From a bacterium (GTDB taxonomy: Bacteria; Patescibacteriota; CPR2; UBA1875; JAJYID01): a stretch of 64,000 nt of DNA. The DNA is taken from assembly GCA_021787535.1 (NCBI GenBank), contig JAJYLR010000001.1:83648-147647 (forward strand). Direction: 5' to 3'. Both the position numbers and the translations under genes were made by a program. The notes beneath the pieces were generated by a model that worked only from the letters and a program-made list of their open reading frames with translations, searched no databases and had not been told where the DNA came from. This document shows positions 1-10,853 of the stretch, in pieces; the stretch's first letter is position 1; the number at the start of each line of letters is the position of its first letter.

Positions 1-2251
1 GTTTACTTTCGCCAACACTGATATAATTTTTAACTTCAGTATCACCCTTGTCGCCAACTGTTAAATCATTAATCTCTTTTTTAAAAGTTTCACGAATAGT
101 TTTTATTACCTCTGGCTCTGATAAATTTCTTAGGATATTCAAATCGAGCAGATCCACCCGTTTAATAAATAAATGATTTTGAATGAATTCTTTAACCTTG
201 CCAAAAAGAACGTCATAGCAATTGAATAATCTCAAATCGCGCATAATGGTTTGGGCAAAGAAGCCAACTACTCTTTGATAGTCTGGCGTTGTATTTGAAT
301 CCAATGTCAAAGAATGGTGAACTTCCTCGCTAACAACGTCTTTAAAAACTATTTCCTTCTTTTCCGTCTCACTAAATTCTTTAATGGGTAATTTATGATT
401 TGGAAATTTAGAAAGGTCAAGATCAGCTAAATTTTTATATTCTCGCTGGATTCTAGGAGATAATACCGGTAGTTCGATATCAAGTTTGTGCAGATCTTTT
501 TTTGAGTTTTCGCTATCTACTTCGATCACAATTGGAGCAATCGGTTTGGAGCCGACGGACATTTGGCGCTTTTCAAGGACAACACCCTCGCCTTTGATTG
601 ATTCGACAAAATCCATAAAAGCCGGCGTTCCAATAACGCTTACATATTCCTCAATAATATCTTGTCCAAAAAACATTCTTCTTAAACCTCGTCCCAGTGT
701 TTGTTCCGGCAAGATATTGCTTTTTGAAGAATAAGCTCTTAAACCAACGATTGTTGTTACGTTTTTTACGTCCCAACCTTCTTTAAGCATAAGGACCGAA
801 ATTATTGCCTTATATTTGCTGCTCCAGCCATCAATTGCGTTAGCTTGTTTTCTAAGCTCGATAAGTTCTTTTTCATCTTTACCCTTAACGCTTTCTGAAA
901 TATCACCGCTTTTGTTGGTGTGAATTGTGAGAACGGCATTTCTCATTTCATGAAAATTCTTTTCCAGATATTCCGCCACGTCATCACAATTTTTGGTGTC
1001 ATCAGTCATTACAAAAAGGATTGATTTCTTTCCGGCTTTCTCAAGCTCCTTGTATGTTTTACGCCATTCTTCGATGCCAAGGTTTAAATATTCTTCATAT
1101 TTTTCAGAAAAAACTGAGCTTTGTTTTTCTGTGAGTTTGCCTCGGCTGGCTTGATCCGGCACAACGGGTTTTTTAACAATTTGCTGATGTATGGCTTCAA
1201 CTAGGGGATAGTCAGATATAATCTGAACGAATATATTTCCATTATGATGTTTTGGAGTTGCCGTAACATCGATTTGCAAAGCAAGCTCGCCGCCTTTAAG
1301 TTTTAGCTGATTGTGAATATCTTGAATGGATTTAAACCAAGCTAATTTATCATCATGAATATGATGAGCTTCGTCATTTATTACGATCAGCTCATCGATA
1401 TCTCGCACAATTTTGCCAAGGTCTGTTTTTGACGCATTTGTTTTAGTAACCGGCTTATCTCCTAAGAAATAATTTGAAGTGTCTTCATCCTCTGGGCCTG
1501 GATCTTTAATATCTCCTTCAAAGACCCGATGAATATTAGTTAGAAATATGTTTCCGGTTTCAGAAATTGGGCCAACCTCGTCCTGCAAATGTAGTGTTAT
1601 TTGAAAATCGTCTTGCCAGTTTTGTCCGTGATAACCATTATCCGGTAAAATTGGATCTTCATAAAAGATTTTTAATCCTTCAAAATCTGTTTTAATTCTT
1701 TCTAGCACAATGATGTTCGGGGTAATGAGGAGAAAGTTTTTGGCTAAGCCAGAATCTGGCTCATAGAGTTTATGGAAATAGGCCCAGGTCAAAATTAGAC
1801 TCATAGTTTTTGTCTTGCCACTGCCGGTTGCCATTTTGATTACAAAACGCAGCCAATCTTCGGGAAACATATTTGGACTGACACGGCCGAGAGAATCATA
1901 TCGCAAAAGATCATATTTGCTTTTTACTTTTGCTACGTCATATAACCAAATAACGGTTTCGACTGCTTCTCTTTGAGCAAAGTAATATTGGAAAGGGGTA
2001 GCAACGCCATTTCTACCAAGAATATTATGTTCTTCCTTAAACCACCAGTTTAAGAGCGCTCTTGAAGTCTCTGTCGCTCCTTTATAATGATTGTCACGCC
2101 ATTCCTTTACTTGTTTACGAAGCTCAGGGACAAAAGGAGGCAAGAGCTTCTGGTATCCTTGCTCACGTAAATCTTCAGCCGCCGGAAACCAACGAATTCC
2201 CGGATCTAAGATTTCAAATGGGTTTTTGGGGAAATTTTTATGAAGTGCCAT
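1..2251 (-). CDS. res: Type III restriction enzyme Res subunit (SF2 helicase), runs off window start
   Basis: Not in ORF track; hand translation from ATG 2251 (MALHKNFPKNPFEILDPGIRWF...) shows KMATGSGKT Walker A, NDEAHH (DEAH) and LKEGWDV motifs; lies downstream of mod. Confidence 0.9.
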   Translation of the reverse strand, partial: MALHKNFPKNPFEILDPGIRWFPAAEDLREQGYQKLLPPFVPELRKQVKEWRDNHYKGATETSRALLNWWFKEEHNILGRNGVATPFQYYFAQREAVETVIWLYDVAKVKSKYDLLRYDSLGRVSPNMFPEDWLRFVIKMATGSGKTKTMSLILTWAYFHKLYEPDSGLAKNFLLITPNIIVLERIKTDFEGLKIFYEDPILPDNGYHGQNWQDDFQITLHLQDEVGPISETGNIFLTNIHRVFEGDIKDPGPEDEDTSNYFLGDKPVTKTNASKTDLGKIVRDIDELIVINDEAHHIHDDKLAWFKSIQDIHNQLKLKGGELALQIDVTATPKHHNGNIFVQIISDYPLVEAIHQQIVKKPVVPDQASRGKLTEKQSSVFSEKYEEYLNLGIEEWRKTYKELEKAGKKSILFVMTDDTKNCDDVAEYLEKNFHEMRNAVLTIHTNKSGDISESVKGKDEKELIELRKQANAIDGWSSKYKAIISVLMLKEGWDVKNVTTIVGLRAYSSKSNILPEQTLGRGLRRMFFGQDIIEEYVSVIGTPAFMDFVESIKGEGVVLEKRQMSVGSKPIAPIVIEVDSENSKKDLHKLDIELPVLSPRIQREYKNLADLDLSKFPNHKLPIKEFSETEKKEIVFKDVVSEEVHHSLTLDSNTTPDYQRVVGFFAQTIMRDLRLFNCYDVLFGKVKEFIQNHLFIKRVDLLDLNILRNLSEPEVIKTIRETFKKEINDLTVGDKGDTEVKNYISVGESK

Positions 2252-2253
2252 TG

Positions 2254-2913
2254 CTATCCTTGAGATGCTATCTTACTTATTTTCTCTAATGCGGAAGTTC
2301 CAGATAATATTTTTACAGAGTCTATTGCAGCTTTAATTTGTTGAGAAAGAACTAAAGGTGATATGAACCATTGTTTGTTTAAAATGTTTGTTATTTTTTT
2401 CCATTCATCAATAGCGTTTTCTTCTAACTTCTGTAATTCAATGTCTTTGTTTTTTTTATCATTAATTTTATCGAATGCTTTTTGATTTAGATCGACTAGT
2501 TTTTGTATGCCAACATTTACTTGGCTATGAAACATTGAGTATAATACTTTGTCATGTTCACTAATGCGATCATCTAGTATCTGACATGAATTATAAAAAT
2601 CATTTACTAGTTCGTACTCATCGGAACTCAATTTTTTAATAAAAATATGACCATAATCTTTCCAACTATTTTTAGGTAGTAGTCGTTCAGGAATTAAGGT
2701 AGTTCCATTAAAATTGAAGTTCTTTAAAACCGAGATTACTCTCTGTGCGTTTAATACTTCAGATAAAATTGTTTCGGCGGCCTCGCGCCTTTTATTTTTT
2801 TGATATGTCTGAAATCGCCAAATAGCAACAAAAATCGACATCAAAGCTAGTATGCCAGTTGATTGATCGCTAAATATCCATTTTGCTATCTCAATGACAG
2901 GAATATTAATCAT
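2254..2913 (-). CDS. Hypothetical protein with N-terminal hydrophobic helix, between mod and res
   Basis: 219-aa ORF; start overlaps mod stop (ATGA); stop 2 nt before res ATG. Confidence 0.8.
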   Translation of the reverse strand: MINIPVIEIAKWIFSDQSTGILALMSIFVAIWRFQTYQKNKRREAAETILSEVLNAQRVISVLKNFNFNGTTLIPERLLPKNSWKDYGHIFIKKLSSDEYELVNDFYNSCQILDDRISEHDKVLYSMFHSQVNVGIQKLVDLNQKAFDKINDKKNKDIELQKLEENAIDEWKKITNILNKQWFISPLVLSQQIKAAIDSVKILSGTSALEKISKIASQG

Positions 2914-5075
2914 ACATTCACCTCAATAACTTTCGTCGTATCGTTGCCAAAGATATCGACAACTTTTACAGCAATTTTATATTTTCCAGGAAGAACTTCT
3001 TTTGAAGAGGAAATTAATTCTAAATTTCTATTTTTCTTTGTTCTGAAAGATTGCCACTCATTTTCAAAGATGTAATTGCCGGTCCAGACTTCTTCAATCT
3101 CACCATTTTCTTTTTGTCGTGCCATTATTTCTTTTTTACTTGCGAAGTTAAAGTCTATCGCCCAGTAATCAACCCAATCTGCCCAATGTTTTGTTAAAAT
3201 TTCTCGTTCAATAATCCCTGATGCTTTATCTTTTGTAAGTTTAATGACCTTGCCGTCCTCAATAGCAATCTTGCTGCTTCCGGCTGATAATTTTTCTTCG
3301 ATTTCTCCCGTGTTTTCTTGGTTATAAAAAACGCTAAAATCAGTTAGCTCAATGGCGATTGTTTTTTTCTTAACAACTGGTTTTACCTCGATGTATGCCA
3401 CGTCATAAAATTTAACTTGGCCCTTTTCGACTGCTTTTCGGTCAAACACTTCTCGGGGAATAACTTTAAATTGTAGGTCTACGCCTCTTTGTCGTATTTC
3501 TGAAAAGTCTATTCCCATTTCGTAATCAAAACCCAAAATATCAGCTTTTAGAATTTCTTTTTCTCTGCATTCGGTTACAACATCTTCAATAAAGCTTGAG
3601 GTAATTGGATTATCGATTGGACCGACTGCAACCAAACGGTCTCTCTTCTTTCCTACAAAAGAAGTAAAAGAATCAACTGGCTCTGCCTTGTAAGCAGCCA
3701 AGATAAGTTTGATAAACTCCTTTTCTTTCCTCTCCAAAACTTTTGCTCTCTGTTCTTTTCTCAAATCCATCCCAGATGAAACATAATATTCGCGTTCATA
3801 CTTTCCGATATTTAAAATCTCGAACGGACGAAAATTTTTACCTGCTTTCTTTAATTCTCTCTGAATCCCAATCATTCTTTTTCTGGTTGTATGAATTGAG
3901 AATCTGCCAAGGTCAGATCCAATCCACTTCCTGCCAAGCTTTTCTGCCACCGCGAGCGTTGTGCCAGATCCACAAAAAAAATCAGCTATGATATCACCTT
4001 CACTGGAAGAGGCTTTCATGATACGTTCTAATAATTTTTCTGGTTTTTGGGTTGGATAATCTACTTTTTCTCTCAGGTCCTTAGGATCAACCGCCTTAAC
4101 ATTCCATACAGAATCTACTGTATTTCCTTCTATTCTTAAAATCACATCATTTGGTCCTGGTTTTCTGTGGTTTTCCTTTAGAAATCTATTATAGTAACCC
4201 TTAAATCGTGAGTCTGTTTTTGGATAATTTGCACCGGTAATCTCATTGTTTTCATTTAAATATTGGTTCCACCTTGTAAAGTCAATCGTTTGTTCGGGAT
4301 TTTCATCCTTCAAAAGATGAAAAATAGGGCTGTCAGTTTTACTATAAATAAGAATAGTATCATGTTTACGTGGAAAGTAGTTTTTAACCTGCCCCTGGTA
4401 TGTTTGATAATGCCAAACGATCTCATTTCTAAACATTTCTCTCCCCAACAATTCATCAAGAATAATTTTAATATAACTATTTACCCTATAATCGCAGTGA
4501 ACATAAATACTGCCATCATCAGCAAGCAGATCACGCATGAGCGAAAGGCGTTCGTAAATCATTGAGATAAAGCTATCGGCACCCTTGCCCCAAGTATCAC
4601 GGTAGGCGATTTCTTCTATCACTGAAGGCTTTTTTGTAAATGATTCATCGCCAATTTCAATATTCATTGAAAAGTCGGCGCCAACATCAAATGGCGGATC
4701 TATGTAGATAAGTTTCAGTCCGCCCTGAGCTTCTATTTCTCTCCTTAATGGTCCGTTTTTGAGCGATGAAAGAATGAGTTTGTTGTCACCCCAAATGAGT
4801 TTATTCGTCCAATCTTGTATTTGCTGACCGGAAGTATCAAAAAGTTGAACTTGACGATCTCTTTGCTCTTCGCTTCGAGGCTCGTCGATATGTTCAATGG
4901 TTTGGAATGGTAATACTAGATTAGTAATCTCATTTGTTTTTCCATTCCAAATAAGCTCAACCTCTCGCTTATCTTCAAACAAAAGAAAACGATATTTGTC
5001 AGGAAGATGTTTTCCTTTCTCCAAATATTTTCTTACATCTCTTTTTTCATTATCACTGAGATCTAGATTTGCCAC
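2910..5075 (-). CDS. mod: Type III R-M Mod subunit, adenine DNA methyltransferase (beta class)
   Basis: LIYIDPPF motif IV before DFFCGSGTT motif I; YPTQKPE. Confidence 0.93.
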   Translation of the reverse strand: MANLDLSDNEKRDVRKYLEKGKHLPDKYRFLLFEDKREVELIWNGKTNEITNLVLPFQTIEHIDEPRSEEQRDRQVQLFDTSGQQIQDWTNKLIWGDNKLILSSLKNGPLRREIEAQGGLKLIYIDPPFDVGADFSMNIEIGDESFTKKPSVIEEIAYRDTWGKGADSFISMIYERLSLMRDLLADDGSIYVHCDYRVNSYIKIILDELLGREMFRNEIVWHYQTYQGQVKNYFPRKHDTILIYSKTDSPIFHLLKDENPEQTIDFTRWNQYLNENNEITGANYPKTDSRFKGYYNRFLKENHRKPGPNDVILRIEGNTVDSVWNVKAVDPKDLREKVDYPTQKPEKLLERIMKASSSEGDIIADFFCGSGTTLAVAEKLGRKWIGSDLGRFSIHTTRKRMIGIQRELKKAGKNFRPFEILNIGKYEREYYVSSGMDLRKEQRAKVLERKEKEFIKLILAAYKAEPVDSFTSFVGKKRDRLVAVGPIDNPITSSFIEDVVTECREKEILKADILGFDYEMGIDFSEIRQRGVDLQFKVIPREVFDRKAVEKGQVKFYDVAYIEVKPVVKKKTIAIELTDFSVFYNQENTGEIEEKLSAGSSKIAIEDGKVIKLTKDKASGIIEREILTKHWADWVDYWAIDFNFASKKEIMARQKENGEIEEVWTGNYIFENEWQSFRTKKNRNLELISSSKEVLPGKYKIAVKVVDIFGNDTTKVIEVNV

Positions 5076-5336
5076 CTTGAAAACCCCTTATCGTCTTATT
5101 GTTAGCTTAATTTTAGCATTTCTAAGCGTAAAAATAAAGAATGAAGTCGTGTAATTGCGAGTTCTCCTCCTGCCATTTCTTCAAGTATATGAACAGGTCT
5201 AGCCAAGTCAAGGTAGTCTAAGATAGTTTTCTTAGCTCCACCTTAGACTTGCCCAGCGTGCTGTTCCTCTCCTTTTGATCAAAGGCGGAGGTCGAACCGC
5301 TTTTGAAGTACTGAGTTAATTGAAAGGAGAGACAAG

Positions 5337-5648
5337 ATGTGTAATCAAGTTTCTAAAGTAGCTTTGCTTAACGATCAGTTCAGAAGATCGGGCCAAGGAG
5401 TAACCTTGACTTGCGATGTGGCGGAAATAGCTGATCTGTCCGGACTGATGAAGAAAGTCCGCTCATTCAAGGAATTTAATAAAAATAACGATCCTTGGAA
5501 TGAGCATGACTTTGGAAGACTGAATTGGAAAGGTGAAAGGGTCTTCTGGAAAATCGACTATTTCAACAAGACTCTTGATGAATGGGAAGATCCGCTATCT
5601 CCCGACTGTAAAAGGCTAATGACCGTGATGCTCGCTGAAGATTACTAG
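5337..5648 (+). CDS. DUF3768 family protein
   Basis: LNDQFR, NDPWNEHDFG, FWKIDY and TVMLAEDY motifs; SD GAAAGGAG upstream. Confidence 0.85.
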   Translation: MCNQVSKVALLNDQFRRSGQGVTLTCDVAEIADLSGLMKKVRSFKEFNKNNDPWNEHDFGRLNWKGERVFWKIDYFNKTLDEWEDPLSPDCKRLMTVMLAEDY

Positions 5649-5670
5649 AAGCTAAACAGCCAAACAAATT

Positions 5671-5705
5671 AAGCCCTGAGAGTTTAGGCTCTTGGGGCTT
5701 TTTTT
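5671..5705 (+). terminator. Intrinsic terminator after DUF3768 gene
   Basis: AAGCCCTGAGAG-TTTAGG-CTCTTGGGGCTT followed by T run. Confidence 0.8.
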
Positions 5706-5750
5706 GTGGCTGGGGTTAATTGATTGTAAATGAGCTTTCATAAAAACTTC

Positions 5751-5772
5751 AGGCCGCCCTGTAGGGCGGCCT
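5751..5772. terminator. Perfect GC-rich hairpin between convergent genes
   Basis: AGGCCGCCCT-GT-AGGGCGGCCT. Confidence 0.55.
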
Positions 5773-5814
5773 TGATTGGTGCGTGTTTTTGCTGGGGCAG
5801 CAGCGAACTTTCGA

Positions 5815-6348
5815 TTACCGATTCCATATAGATCTAATACCGACTGAATTCATATATTTACTTTGTTCACGAATATGGCCGATTAACCGATGAACAACAC
5901 TATTAAGACGTTCATCGTGTACTCTCTGTCCCTCATTATAAAGATCTTGATATAGGGCACCGAACACTAAAGCCAACTCGTAATGTGCTCTCGGAACCTC
6001 TTGACCAGACCCAGCGGAGTCGAGATCGTTTATGGCAACAAATGATCCTTTGCAAAACCACTTGTTGCAAAAATCCCACCACTCTCCTGTTATCTTACTT
6101 ATCTGGGAAGGTGCGAGGTGTTGATAACCAAAAGCTCCCCTGATGGGAATCGGGCAAAAGGGGTACTCAGTGTAGAAATGAACACTCGTCAGATTTAAGG
6201 GATTAGTGGTAGTTGTGCACAAGTTGAGCAAATCTACCCTGACCATTCCATGAAGGTCAGTGACTCCATCATGGAAAAACTTAACGCGAATTATTATTTT
6301 CTTTTCAAGTGTTTTTAGGAGACTATTATTTAGCTGTGCTGTTTTCAT
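5815..6348 (-). CDS. Hypothetical protein (orphan)
   Basis: ORF 5815-6369; ATG at 6348 is preceded by GAAAGGA; no motif recognised. Confidence 0.6.
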   Translation of the reverse strand: MKTAQLNNSLLKTLEKKIIIRVKFFHDGVTDLHGMVRVDLLNLCTTTTNPLNLTSVHFYTEYPFCPIPIRGAFGYQHLAPSQISKITGEWWDFCNKWFCKGSFVAINDLDSAGSGQEVPRAHYELALVFGALYQDLYNEGQRVHDERLNSVVHRLIGHIREQSKYMNSVGIRSIWNR

Positions 6349-6675
6349 CCGCGTCCTTTCAATCACCATTGGAATTTCACCAGTTGGCTATGATAAGGTT
6401 CTGGCCGTTTGAATCACCATTGGACTAATCCAGATGGCTATCTGGCCCTGACAACTCTCCTGCCCGAGAGTACAAGGATTATACTATATTTAAGCCATTT
6501 CCTCAACCCTGATTTGTAACTCGAATATAAAGAAGAGTTATCCTGAAATTTCTCATTATTTTTGTAACCTAGCTTTAAATAAGTTTTGAAGAGACGAACA
6601 AAATAAAACTCCCAAAACGGGAGTTTATTTGAAACTTGTTTAAAGATTGGTGGCAAATGCACCATATAACCATAG

Positions 6676-7443
6676 TTATATTCTCTTCCATATATCCCCG
6701 GTAAGGCCAAACTGCCTTGCCTTGGCTTCGGTCGTCAAATGGATTGCCAGTTCCGGTTCATCCAACAGGGCAAGTCTGGTTTTGAAATAGCGCTTCACAT
6801 AAGTTAGTACGTCGTTGCTTGGGCAGATTATCAAAATAGTTGGAAAGTCCGTTTCTGTCTCAGCTTCCCAGTCGCTCCACTGATAAAAAGAAAGATATTT
6901 TCTGACTCTTTGCCTTAATCTTTCCTTTGGCACATTGTAAAGTATCTCCAAGAAATAATCTTTGGTTTGATTCTTGGTCGTTTGCCGAATATAGGCGGTT
7001 GGCGAGAGGTCTTTCAAGAGTTCCCCCGAGGGGTGATTATCATACTCGCTTTTCACACTCACTTCGAATCTCACTTTCCGGCTGTCTCTGTTTGTTAGAT
7101 CAAGGCAAATGTCGGCAAGCAAAAGACAGGAATTTATGAAAGAAACTGATCTTTCATTTTCCCTGTAATATTTCTGGACTGTTTTGACAGATATATTTTT
7201 ATGCTCCTTTAAATAACGGATGCCGGCTTTGGCGAGATGGTACACGGCCGGCTGAGTGTTTTTGCAAGAAGGCTTAATATATTCTTTTTTGCTCAAGTCT
7301 TTCAGCCACCTGTTTATTCCTGCTTCATCTTTATGACGCAAAAATCTTTGGATCTGAATGCGATTTAAGAACCTGTAACGAAATAAAAGAGATATAATCT
7401 CTCCCTGCCTTTTGGTTATGTCTGTTTCTTCTGTGTTAGCCAT
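6676..7443 (-). CDS. Replication-relaxation (Replic_Relax) family protein, putative relaxase
   Basis: N-terminal wHTH-like RYRFLNRIQIQ...YHLAKAG; C-terminal YFLE...FPTILIIC; next to a coupling-type ATPase. Confidence 0.7.
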   Translation of the reverse strand: MANTEETDITKRQGEIISLLFRYRFLNRIQIQRFLRHKDEAGINRWLKDLSKKEYIKPSCKNTQPAVYHLAKAGIRYLKEHKNISVKTVQKYYRENERSVSFINSCLLLADICLDLTNRDSRKVRFEVSVKSEYDNHPSGELLKDLSPTAYIRQTTKNQTKDYFLEILYNVPKERLRQRVRKYLSFYQWSDWEAETETDFPTILIICPSNDVLTYVKRYFKTRLALLDEPELAIHLTTEAKARQFGLTGDIWKRI

Positions 7444-7584
7444 TGGTTTAATTGTTCTTTCAAAAATGGATATATTAGCTTATACAATTCTGCCAATCCC
7501 TTCCTGCACCTTTCTTGTATGGGTAGAGGTAAAAGAATTAAGATGTTTTGAACTTGAAAATTGCAAATTTTTGTCGCAGCAAGA

Positions 7585-10422
7585 TTACTTTGGGAGGAGC
7601 TCTTCTTCGTCTTTTTCGGTCAGCTCGCCAAGCTCCGGATTGCCTTTACTAACAATGGATTTAATCTCTTTAACTTCTTGTTGGACGGCTTTCTTTTCTT
7701 TGATTTGGTTGATTTTAGCCGCGTATCTTTTCCTGGACTCTCTGATCACGGCTTGGGCGGTCTTCGGATCCGCCTTAACCTTGAAATCGTAAGAGCCGGC
7801 CAGAAAACTGTCTTCGGCTTTTCCGACTGCGACCTTCATATAGAAGCGGTATAAGGGGAGATTTGCGATTTCATATTTTGAAACTTCCGGGGAAAAGATG
7901 GGCAGAATAAATTGTTCGTCTTCCGGATTGGCTGTCCTAAAACAGATGACCGTGCCGACATTGGCTAAAATCACTTTAACGATATCCCTGTTCTCTATTT
8001 GCGAGACAGACTGGTGAGCCATAACAACTGAGAGCCGGTATTTGCGGGCTTCTGAGACCAGCTCGGCAAAAGTATTGGTGGCGAAGTTCTGAAACTCATC
8101 GACATATAAAAAGAAGTCTTTTCTTTTTTCTTCGCTGGTTCGGGCTCTTTTTAAAGCGGCCAATTGAATCTTGGCAATGACAAGGGAGCCGAAGAAACTG
8201 GACTCGTCTTCGCCGATTTTGCCTTTTGACAGATCGCAGAGCAAAATCTTTCCCGAATCCATCGCTTCTTCAAAGTCCAGCTTTGAATGAACTTGAGTTA
8301 AGATATTGTAATTGATCGGAGAAGCAAGCAGGCCGCCGATTTTATTGGTAATCGGCGAAATCACCGAGTTTCGCTGCAATGCTCCCAGTTTCTCGAACTC
8401 GTAAGTCCAGTAATCCTTTAAGACCTCATTATCCAGGTTTTTCACGATCTCTTTTCGGTATCTGGTTTTGGTGAGCAGATCAAGGACCGTCTTTAAAGTC
8501 GGGTCTTTTGTTTCAAGAGCCGTCAGGATTGTATTTCTAAGGACGTACTCCATTCTCGGCCCGAAGAACTTGGCGTCGTAGAACTTTTGGATAATGGAGA
8601 TAATCGAGCTTGTGACCAAAGACTTTTGTTTTTGGAGCTGGCTTAGAGTCTGCTCTTTGTCTTTTGGCAGTTCCAGTAAGTTTAAAGCTATCGGGTAAGC
8701 GTCATCATCGGGGGCAAACCAAATGACATCCTTGGCTCTTTCTTTGGGAATCGCTTTTAATATTTCCTCGACCAGCTGTCCGTGAGGGTCAATGACGCCG
8801 ACGCCCTTGCCGGCTTTAATGTCATTTAAGATCATATTGGCCAATAGGGTGGTTTTGCCCGAGCCGGTCGCCCCCAGAATATATGTGTGCCTTCTTCTTT
8901 CTTCCAGCGTTTGGCCGATGGGCGTCTCTGTCCCGCCGTAAGTGTTTTTGGCAAAAACATTGTCGAACTTGGTGGCGCTTTTCTTGAAGGAAAGCGGAGC
9001 TGAAAGCTCGGAGCTTTTAGCTTTCACTAAATCTTCTGTTCTGGCAAGCGAATGCGGAAAATGATAAAGGCCGGCCAGTTCTGAGACTGAGAGAATCGGG
9101 TTTGAGAATGCCGCGAGCCGGCGGCCGGCAAGGTTGCTTAGCGTCCATTGATTGAATAAGGGAAGGCTTAGCTTCTTGAGTAATGACTGATGAGCATTAG
9201 ACAGGCCATGGAGGGAAGCTAAAAAGCCTGAAGTCCTAAGATCATAGTCAGCGCTTGAATCCGTTTTGGCAAACATCCTGATTGAAGTTTCAAACATGGG
9301 CTGATCTGTTTTGCCTTTGACCTTATCCCTTAACTCCTGCTCGATAGGATTTGCCACATTCTCATTTGAATGCGGTTTGTTAATGACATAAAGATCGGTC
9401 GGACCGTCGTTAAGAATATAGGTAGCCATTTTCAGCGGAATCTTAATGAACCAGGCCAAAGCCAGGAGCAAGGCTTTGGCTATCGCAAGCGGAGTAGCCA
9501 AGGCTTTTTCAAAAGGTGTTTTAAAAAGTTCTCCGCTTAACGGTTCGTTTCTAAGCATGGACACGTTCAGCTTTCTAATTCGCTTTAATACTCCCTTGTG
9601 AGTTGACTTTTTGACCGGAGTAACCACTATCTGAAAAACCATCAGCTCGCCGTCTTTTAATTTGGTCATCTGGCCTGTAAGATAGGCGATTTGATCATGC
9701 TCTTTTAAGCTGCCTTGCTCTTCCAGGGGCAAAGCAAAGTCGCTTGCCAGCTTTAGCTCGGTTACGCCTTCTTTAGTTTGGCTTTTTTTGCCGGCAATGT
9801 CATTTGATATATAGTCCTTCACCTTGGTCACCTTCAGCCCCGGCATAAACGACAGCAGGGATTTTTCAATAATCGGCGCTTCTTTTTTTGATATTCCCAA
9901 GATATATCTGATCCCTTCTTCTTTTGAGGCCGTTATCTCAAACGCATATCTTTTCTTGTACCTCAGAAGTTTATATACCCCTCTATTTTGCCTGGCCAGC
10001 GAATGCAGATGGGTGAAGAGCTGTTTGGTGGCGTAAGGTGTTTTGTCGGTACGGGCCGGAAAGACCAGTTCAAGATAGGTGAGCGGTTCTTTTTTGGACA
10101 GCCGGTTTAACAAGTATCTTTTCAGGAGATATATGCCGATTAGGATGAGGATGATTATGAGGATAAAGCCCGGGAATGAAAAGTGAGAGGCAGAGAGATT
10201 ATTTAGCCATTCAAAAAAGGCCAGCTTCCAGCTGATCGGCCCGGGAATGATAACGATTGTATAGAGAAAAGCTTTTTGCAGGCCGGTCAGTGGAGCGTTA
10301 TGCTTAAGAGCAAGCAAAAGACCGGTTGCAAACTTGCCGTCGTGAGGCGAAGGCGTATAGCCGGTTAGCATTTTGTTCTGAGACGAAGAAAGAAGGATTT
10401 GAGTTAAAGAAAAAGATTTCAT
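7585..10422 (-). CDS. VirD4/TraD/HerA-like membrane ATPase (T4SS coupling-protein type)
   Basis: RRHTYILGATGSGKTT Walker A, VIDPHG, LYVDEFQNF Walker B, SEARKYRL, AHQ; N-terminal TM segments. Confidence 0.85.
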   Translation of the reverse strand: MKSFSLTQILLSSSQNKMLTGYTPSPHDGKFATGLLLALKHNAPLTGLQKAFLYTIVIIPGPISWKLAFFEWLNNLSASHFSFPGFILIIILILIGIYLLKRYLLNRLSKKEPLTYLELVFPARTDKTPYATKQLFTHLHSLARQNRGVYKLLRYKKRYAFEITASKEEGIRYILGISKKEAPIIEKSLLSFMPGLKVTKVKDYISNDIAGKKSQTKEGVTELKLASDFALPLEEQGSLKEHDQIAYLTGQMTKLKDGELMVFQIVVTPVKKSTHKGVLKRIRKLNVSMLRNEPLSGELFKTPFEKALATPLAIAKALLLALAWFIKIPLKMATYILNDGPTDLYVINKPHSNENVANPIEQELRDKVKGKTDQPMFETSIRMFAKTDSSADYDLRTSGFLASLHGLSNAHQSLLKKLSLPLFNQWTLSNLAGRRLAAFSNPILSVSELAGLYHFPHSLARTEDLVKAKSSELSAPLSFKKSATKFDNVFAKNTYGGTETPIGQTLEERRRHTYILGATGSGKTTLLANMILNDIKAGKGVGVIDPHGQLVEEILKAIPKERAKDVIWFAPDDDAYPIALNLLELPKDKEQTLSQLQKQKSLVTSSIISIIQKFYDAKFFGPRMEYVLRNTILTALETKDPTLKTVLDLLTKTRYRKEIVKNLDNEVLKDYWTYEFEKLGALQRNSVISPITNKIGGLLASPINYNILTQVHSKLDFEEAMDSGKILLCDLSKGKIGEDESSFFGSLVIAKIQLAALKRARTSEEKRKDFFLYVDEFQNFATNTFAELVSEARKYRLSVVMAHQSVSQIENRDIVKVILANVGTVICFRTANPEDEQFILPIFSPEVSKYEIANLPLYRFYMKVAVGKAEDSFLAGSYDFKVKADPKTAQAVIRESRKRYAAKINQIKEKKAVQQEVKEIKSIVSKGNPELGELTEKDEEELLPK

Positions 10423-10544
10423 CTTTAAAACTCCAACCCTCCTTAATTTAAGGACAGCATAACAAATATGGGGCCAAACGGCAATTGTTTTTTGCTGTCA
10501 AAAATGGGTTTTTAGAGATATAATTGAAGGCGTGAGGAGGAAGA

Positions 10545-10772
10545 ATGGCAAAAACTATTGAAGAACATATAGCGGAAATGGATCCGGAGATTGTGGAAAT
10601 AGGAAAAAGCATAGCGAAAGAACGCTGGAACGAAAGGCTAAAAGAGGAAACAATCTTAACGCCCGAGCTTCAAGAGCAGGAAATCGTTGGAATGATCGAG
10701 GTAGGGCCTAAGCGCGCTGAAGCCATCAGATCTAAATATGAGACTAGGATAACTGAGTTGGATAGAAAATAA
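10545..10772 (+). CDS. Hypothetical small protein
   Basis: TATAAT and GAGGAGG SD upstream; 75-aa charged helical ORF. Confidence 0.65.
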   Translation: MAKTIEEHIAEMDPEIVEIGKSIAKERWNERLKEETILTPELQEQEIVGMIEVGPKRAEAIRSKYETRITELDRK

Positions 10773-10853
10773 AGTAGCTTACAATCTATTATTCTTAATT
10801 GTAATTTTAAGCGTTCAGTAGTAAAATATTGAGTACTAAAAAGAGAGGAAGTT

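Noticed and set aside
3974..3981. Phase-variable homopolymer in mod
   Set aside because: Only 8 nt and it encodes part of the conserved DFFC motif; no simple-sequence repeat tract.
6438..6710. 90-aa ORF downstream of the relaxase-like gene
   Set aside because: Spans an inverted repeat and AT-rich promoter-like DNA; no SD or motif.
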